Part shown: positions 60,307 through 64,000 of the stretch, in pieces | Layout of the letters: every line of letters begins with the position of its first letter | Position numbering within the stretch: position 1 is the stretch's first letter | Assembly (NCBI GenBank): GCA_964524845.1 | Contig: CAZGFX010000002.1 | Location: forward strand, 6,440 to 70,439 | Reading direction: 5' to 3' | DNA from: an uncultured Gammaproteobacteria bacterium | GTDB lineage: Bacteria; Patescibacteriota; Patescibacteriia; CAZGFX01 | DNA length: 64,000 nucleotides | Translations under genes and position numbers: made by a program | The notes under the pieces: model-generated | Databases searched by the model: none | The model's input: the letters and a program-made list of their open reading frames with translations, nothing else | What the model was told of the DNA's origin: nothing

Positions 60307-61452
60307 TTATTCGGTTTTTTTATTTTTATAATACTTCTTCCCTTTCAATTTTTCAGGCAATAAACTATCTTCTGTGTACTTCTCATAACCTTCTCCGTAT
60401 CCAAGTTCTTTCATTAATTTTGTTGGAGCATTTCGAATATTCATTGGTATTGGTAGATTGCCTTGTTCTCTCGCGTCCTTAGACGCTTCCATATACGCAT
60501 CATACGCGCCCCTGTCCTTCTTACACGTGCTTAAATAAACAACTCCGTGTCCTAGATTTATTCCGCACTCAGGAGGTCCTATCGTCTCGCATGCGCGAAA
60601 AACCGCGTTTGCAACGACAAGTGCTGTCGGTTGAGCCATCCCAATATCCTCTGATGCGAAAATCACCATTCTTCGAGCAATAAATAAAGGGTCTTCTCCT
60701 GACTCAATCATACGCCCAAGATAATATAATGCCGCATCCACATTACTCGCCCGCATACTTTTTATAAATGCGCTTATTGTATTATAGTGCTCCTCGCCTT
60801 TTTTATCATATCGTAAAAATTTTGATTGTAGTGTATCCTTGAGTGTTGTAATTGTAACGGTGTTATATAATCGTTCTGTATTTTCAATCATCGTAAGTGC
60901 CTGACGAGCATCTCCATTTGCCATAGAAACGAGCCATTCTATGGACTCGTCATCCATCATCACATTGGTTCGTCTGATGATCATTTTCATATCATCTGGC
61001 TCAAGTTCATTGAGAACAAAAACTCTGCACCTAGAAAGAAGAGCAGGAATAACCTCAAAACTTGGATTTTCTGTCGTCGCTCCTATGAGCGTCAATATTC
61101 CTTTCTCAACATAAGGTAATAAAAAATCTTGTTGTGCTTTATTAAATCTATGTATTTCATCCAAAAACAATATCTTCGGTTTATCCATTGGACGTACATC
61201 ATTTATAATACTCCTTATATCATCCTTTCCTGCCGATACTGCGGACAGTTCTTTTAGATCGGCTTCGATATTCCGTGCATATATACGAGCAAGAGTTGTT
61301 TTTCCAACTCCAGGAGGCCCCCAAAGAATAAACGAAAACAAATGCTTTTCAGATATAGCATTAAATAATGGCTTCCCTTCTCCGACAAGATGTTTTTGTC
61401 CTACAAAATCATCAAGTTTCAGAGGACGTATTCTAGAAGCAAGTGGTTCCAT
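60307..61452 (-). CDS. rarA: Replication-associated recombination protein A (RarA/MgsA AAA+ ATPase)
   Basis: GPPGVGKTT Walker A, ILFLDEIHRFNKAQQD Walker B/sensor, C-terminal MgsA helical domain. The ORF extends to 61476, with candidate starts at 61458 and 61452. Confidence 0.85.
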   Translation of the reverse strand: MEPLASRIRPLKLDDFVGQKHLVGEGKPLFNAISEKHLFSFILWGPPGVGKTTLARIYARNIEADLKELSAVSAGKDDIRSIINDVRPMDKPKILFLDEIHRFNKAQQDFLLPYVEKGILTLIGATTENPSFEVIPALLSRCRVFVLNELEPDDMKMIIRRTNVMMDDESIEWLVSMANGDARQALTMIENTERLYNTVTITTLKDTLQSKFLRYDKKGEEHYNTISAFIKSMRASNVDAALYYLGRMIESGEDPLFIARRMVIFASEDIGMAQPTALVVANAVFRACETIGPPECGINLGHGVVYLSTCKKDRGAYDAYMEASKDAREQGNLPIPMNIRNAPTKLMKELGYGEGYEKYTEDSLLPEKLKGKKYYKNKKTE

Positions 61453-61523
61453 ATTCATAATATTACACAAAAACACAAGTGTTTACCACTTGTGTTTTAT
61501 TTATCCGTCTTATTTTCTATGCT

Positions 61524-61763
61524 TTATTTTTTACAACCACACCCTTTACCAATGGTTGTTGCAGAACAGCCTCCGCAGCCGTCTTTACCAGAACACAGTC
61601 CATTACACAGTCCGGAATCTTTCATCGGACATGTTTTTACTGTTTCTGACTTATCTGCACCGGTTGTTGTTTTATCTAGAGCAAAACTCCCTGCAGCAAC
61701 AACAACAGAAGCGATAACAACCGCGGAAAGCGTCATACCGACATATAATAATATTTTTTTCAT
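61524..61763 (-). CDS. Small secreted Gly/Cys-rich protein (79 aa)
   Basis: Signal peptide followed by 10 Cys in the last 35 residues (CPMKDSGLCNGLCSGKDGCGGCSATTIGKGCGCKK). Confidence 0.5.
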   Translation of the reverse strand: MKKILLYVGMTLSAVVIASVVVAAGSFALDKTTTGADKSETVKTCPMKDSGLCNGLCSGKDGCGGCSATTIGKGCGCKK

Positions 61764-61842
61764 GATACTAATATAAGATTAAATGGTTATTTATGAAGGA
61801 TATCCTTCTACTTATATATACGTATCAAGAGTATTTTTTCTT

Positions 61843-62592
61843 TCATTTCATATGACACGTAGATCCTGTTTTCCCACCGCATGTACAACACCCGCAATTC
61901 ATTGGTCTTATTTCAGATGCAATAAAATTATTTTGTTCAATCCTTTCTCCTATTATTTTTATTTTTGAACCGATGATAAAATTCTGTGTTTCTAGTATGT
62001 TTCTATTTTTCATCGATAAAATATTCCATTGAATATCACTAATATCCCTAACAATAAGTACTGGTGGCTCTTTGGAAAAGGAAACCACATCTCCTACGAT
62101 AATTCCATGTTCAGGATCATGAAGTAATGATTCTTGAAAACACGACAGCTTTTGATATGCACCTATGTGCATCGCGCACGTATGTTCAAAACGTTTTCCT
62201 ACACCGAAAAAATCAAACATGGTTCCAAAAACAACACTTGTTAAAACAATACCGCCTATTATATATAAAATAGTATATCGGTATCCTATTTTTGTTTTTC
62301 GTATATCAAAATATGCAATAATACCAAACAAAATAATAAAAAACACCCAAACATATGGAAGAGTAACAAAAAACAATTTTATAAAACCACTGTTTGTATG
62401 CGTATATAAGTCCAAATCACCAGTTCTAACACTATGGAGCACAATCGAAAACGCCAATCCCCCTAGAAGTGCCAATACTACTCCAATTCCCCAAATAATT
62501 TTTTCTTTCAACAAAAAATTCCAGCGCGGTTTCGGAGTCAGGTGAGCATCGCGTATGGTATCAAGCACTTTTTTTGTTACATTGTTGTTCAT
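61843..62592 (-). CDS. Membrane protein (249 aa), candidate anti-sigma/sensor partner of the upstream ECF sigma. C-terminal Cys cluster.
   Basis: Its stop is 4 nt after the sigma-factor gene. Four predicted TM helices. C-terminus MNCGCCTCGGKTGSTCHMK. Confidence 0.55.
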   Translation of the reverse strand: MNNNVTKKVLDTIRDAHLTPKPRWNFLLKEKIIWGIGVVLALLGGLAFSIVLHSVRTGDLDLYTHTNSGFIKLFFVTLPYVWVFFIILFGIIAYFDIRKTKIGYRYTILYIIGGIVLTSVVFGTMFDFFGVGKRFEHTCAMHIGAYQKLSCFQESLLHDPEHGIIVGDVVSFSKEPPVLIVRDISDIQWNILSMKNRNILETQNFIIGSKIKIIGERIEQNNFIASEIRPMNCGCCTCGGKTGSTCHMK

Positions 62593-62596
62593 AAAA

Positions 62597-63181
62597 TTAC
62601 GTATCGTTGTTTATCTGATCGACAAGCTTCTGTTTCAAAATATGTTTTGCACGATTAATATGTGTAGCGACAGTACCAATTGGCTTTTTCATTATGTCGG
62701 AAATTTCTTTATAATCCTTATCTTCAAAAAATTTAAGCACTATGATATCTCTGTATTTTTCATCCATTTCCTCGAGTGCCTGAGATATTTTTTCTTTAAG
62801 ATGAATAATATCAACACTGTGTTCCATATCGAGATCGGAAACAATTGCTTCTATAGAGATGTCATCAGCGTCAGGAAGTACTGCCGGACGAACACTTCTT
62901 TTACGGTATGCACTTATCGCTTCATTGCGCGCAATGCGATATATCCACGAAGAAAACTTCAAAGACGTATCAAACTCGTTTATGTTTATATACACTTTTA
63001 TGAAAATGTCTTGCAAAATATCATCCGCATCTTCATATGAAATATTCGATATTCTCATAATAAAGGAACGTAAACGACGCTCATATCTATTGATTATGTG
63101 TACAAATATTCCTTGATTTATTGCTACATGAAACGCTATTTCCTCATCGGATATACCTTCCAAATTTTCTGCATTCATCAT
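62597..63181 (-). CDS. ECF-type RNA polymerase sigma-70 factor
   Basis: Region 2 (ILQDIFIKVY...FSSWIYRIARNEAIS) and region 4 (DIIVLKFFEDKDYKEISDIMKKPIGTVATHINRAKHILK). Confidence 0.85.
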   Translation of the reverse strand: MMNAENLEGISDEEIAFHVAINQGIFVHIINRYERRLRSFIMRISNISYEDADDILQDIFIKVYININEFDTSLKFSSWIYRIARNEAISAYRKRSVRPAVLPDADDISIEAIVSDLDMEHSVDIIHLKEKISQALEEMDEKYRDIIVLKFFEDKDYKEISDIMKKPIGTVATHINRAKHILKQKLVDQINNDT

Positions 63182-63275
63182 AGTCTCATCATACTATTAT
63201 ATATAATACTACGCAAAAACAAGCTGTTTTCTTTCATTTTTACTAATAAAAAAGCCCTCTATCCACAACAAATAC

Positions 63276-63304
63276 TTGACAGGTCGTCTTATCTGTGATA
63301 GACT
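63276..63304 (+). promoter_or_regulatory. Sigma70-type promoter (TTGACA, 17-bp spacer, TAGACT) for the gene at 63350
   Basis: Consensus -35 with correct spacing. The downstream RBS AGGAGG sits 7 nt before the ATG at 63350. Confidence 0.4.
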
Positions 63305-63349
63305 AAAATGATAAATAAAAAATCAAAAACCAATCAAATAGGAGGTTTT

Positions 63350-63709
63350 ATGGAAATCGAAACGTTTTCAACTGACAATTTAGACCAAGCAATCGAATGT
63401 TTTGAGGATCAGATACTTTTAAAAGAAATTGTCCGTCCCGTTTCTTGCGAAGGACCCGTGTTAGCTTCTCCAAATAAAAAAATGGTGTTCCGACGTTTCA
63501 TGACATGGGACGAGTACCAGGAAGCAATCGAAAAGAATATCGTAAATAAAAAATCTTATTACGACTTAGATCGTAAGTGGATTAATAAGAAAAAAAACCA
63601 GCAAAGTAGCTGGAAAAAATATCGCGCAAACCAATACCACATTCTTCATTACCATTCTTCAAGAACAATTTGGAAAGAAGTGGCGGAAATTGAATTGCGC
63701 ACAATATAA
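63350..63709 (+). CDS. Hypothetical protein (119 aa)
   Basis: The ORF opens at 63308, but the ATG at 63350 has a perfect AGGAGG RBS. Confidence 0.5.
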   Translation: MEIETFSTDNLDQAIECFEDQILLKEIVRPVSCEGPVLASPNKKMVFRRFMTWDEYQEAIEKNIVNKKSYYDLDRKWINKKKNQQSSWKKYRANQYHILHYHSSRTIWKEVAEIELRTI

Positions 63710-63782
63710 AGATGTTTTCTCCTTATTAAATAAAAAAGTCTGTCTTTGAATAAAGACAGGCTTTTGCTTTTTATTGTTTAAT

Positions 63783-63968
63783 TTAATTTGCCTTATTAAG
63801 ACTTCTTCTGCTTTTTCCAAGTCTTGTTATATTAAAAATTCGTTTTGCATCTTTTATAAGAAAGTCTTTTTCTGTTTGACTTACTTCCCCGTTTCCTCTA
63901 AAAAGTGTTTTTATCTTTTTGTTTGTACTTTTTCTTCTGTTCCTTGCTGTTGACCATTTTCTCGGCAT
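63783..63968 (-). CDS. Small, very basic protein (61 aa), possibly nucleic-acid-binding or ribosome-associated
   Basis: Strong RBS (AGGGGGTGA, then 8 nt, then ATG). pI is clearly very high (R/K-rich). No confident family assignment. Confidence 0.4.
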   Translation of the reverse strand: MPRKWSTARNRRKSTNKKIKTLFRGNGEVSQTEKDFLIKDAKRIFNITRLGKSRRSLNKAN

Positions 63969-64000
63969 TTATTTCACCCCCTTTCAACGCGCATGAGCAT

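Noticed and set aside
1-64000. tRNA genes, tmRNA, SRP RNA, and mobile elements
   Set aside because: I scanned the intergenic regions for tRNA T-arm (GGTTCRANTCC) and acceptor features, and for the tmRNA and 4.5S conserved blocks, and found none. No integrase, transposase or RT-like ORFs and no inverted-repeat-bounded islands were seen. Absence is based on an eyeball scan only.

Overview
This is a visibly AT-rich, gene-dense bacterial fragment that is almost entirely protein-coding. Its gene content and style resemble a reduced-genome Patescibacteria/CPR-like organism: minimal cell-wall set, split transketolase, many hypothetical membrane proteins, and one giant surface protein. That taxonomic reading is inference only.

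Housekeeping genes I can support directly from protein motifs:
- a PBP transpeptidase and a MurF-like ligase (a dcw remnant)
- a lower-glycolysis cluster (gap, pgk, eno, gpmI)
- a non-oxidative pentose-phosphate cluster (rpiB, rpe, split tkt, PfkB kinase, 2-hydroxyacid dehydrogenase)
- gatB, asnS, gltX, an M16 peptidase, an M23 peptidase, mltG, lexA, an ECF sigma factor, an NRAMP transporter, rarA
- a glycan-synthesis locus (GT4 glycosyltransferase plus polyprenyl-phosphate sugar transferase)
- a nucleic-acid repair cluster (NYN, LigT/ThpR, MGMT, YggU, Nfo)
- a clear RNase P RNA (rnpB) on the minus strand at about 52608-52987

The most unusual structure is at about 5750-9020. Four consecutive genes are each preceded by a near-identical ~120-bp cassette: a strong hairpin terminator, a small hairpin with a T-run, and a consensus TTGACA-17-TATCAT promoter with an RBS. 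Three of the genes are paralogs built from 93-bp (31-aa) in-frame tandem repeats present in 10, 6 and 1 copies.

Second is a 2875-aa protein (30162-38789). Its N-terminus has a signal peptide and two hydrophobic helices, which looks like a VirB2/TrbC-type pilin anchor. A Gly-rich linker and more than 20 Ig-like beta-sandwich domains follow.

I found no CRISPR array, integrase/transposase, reverse transcriptase or tRNA gene.
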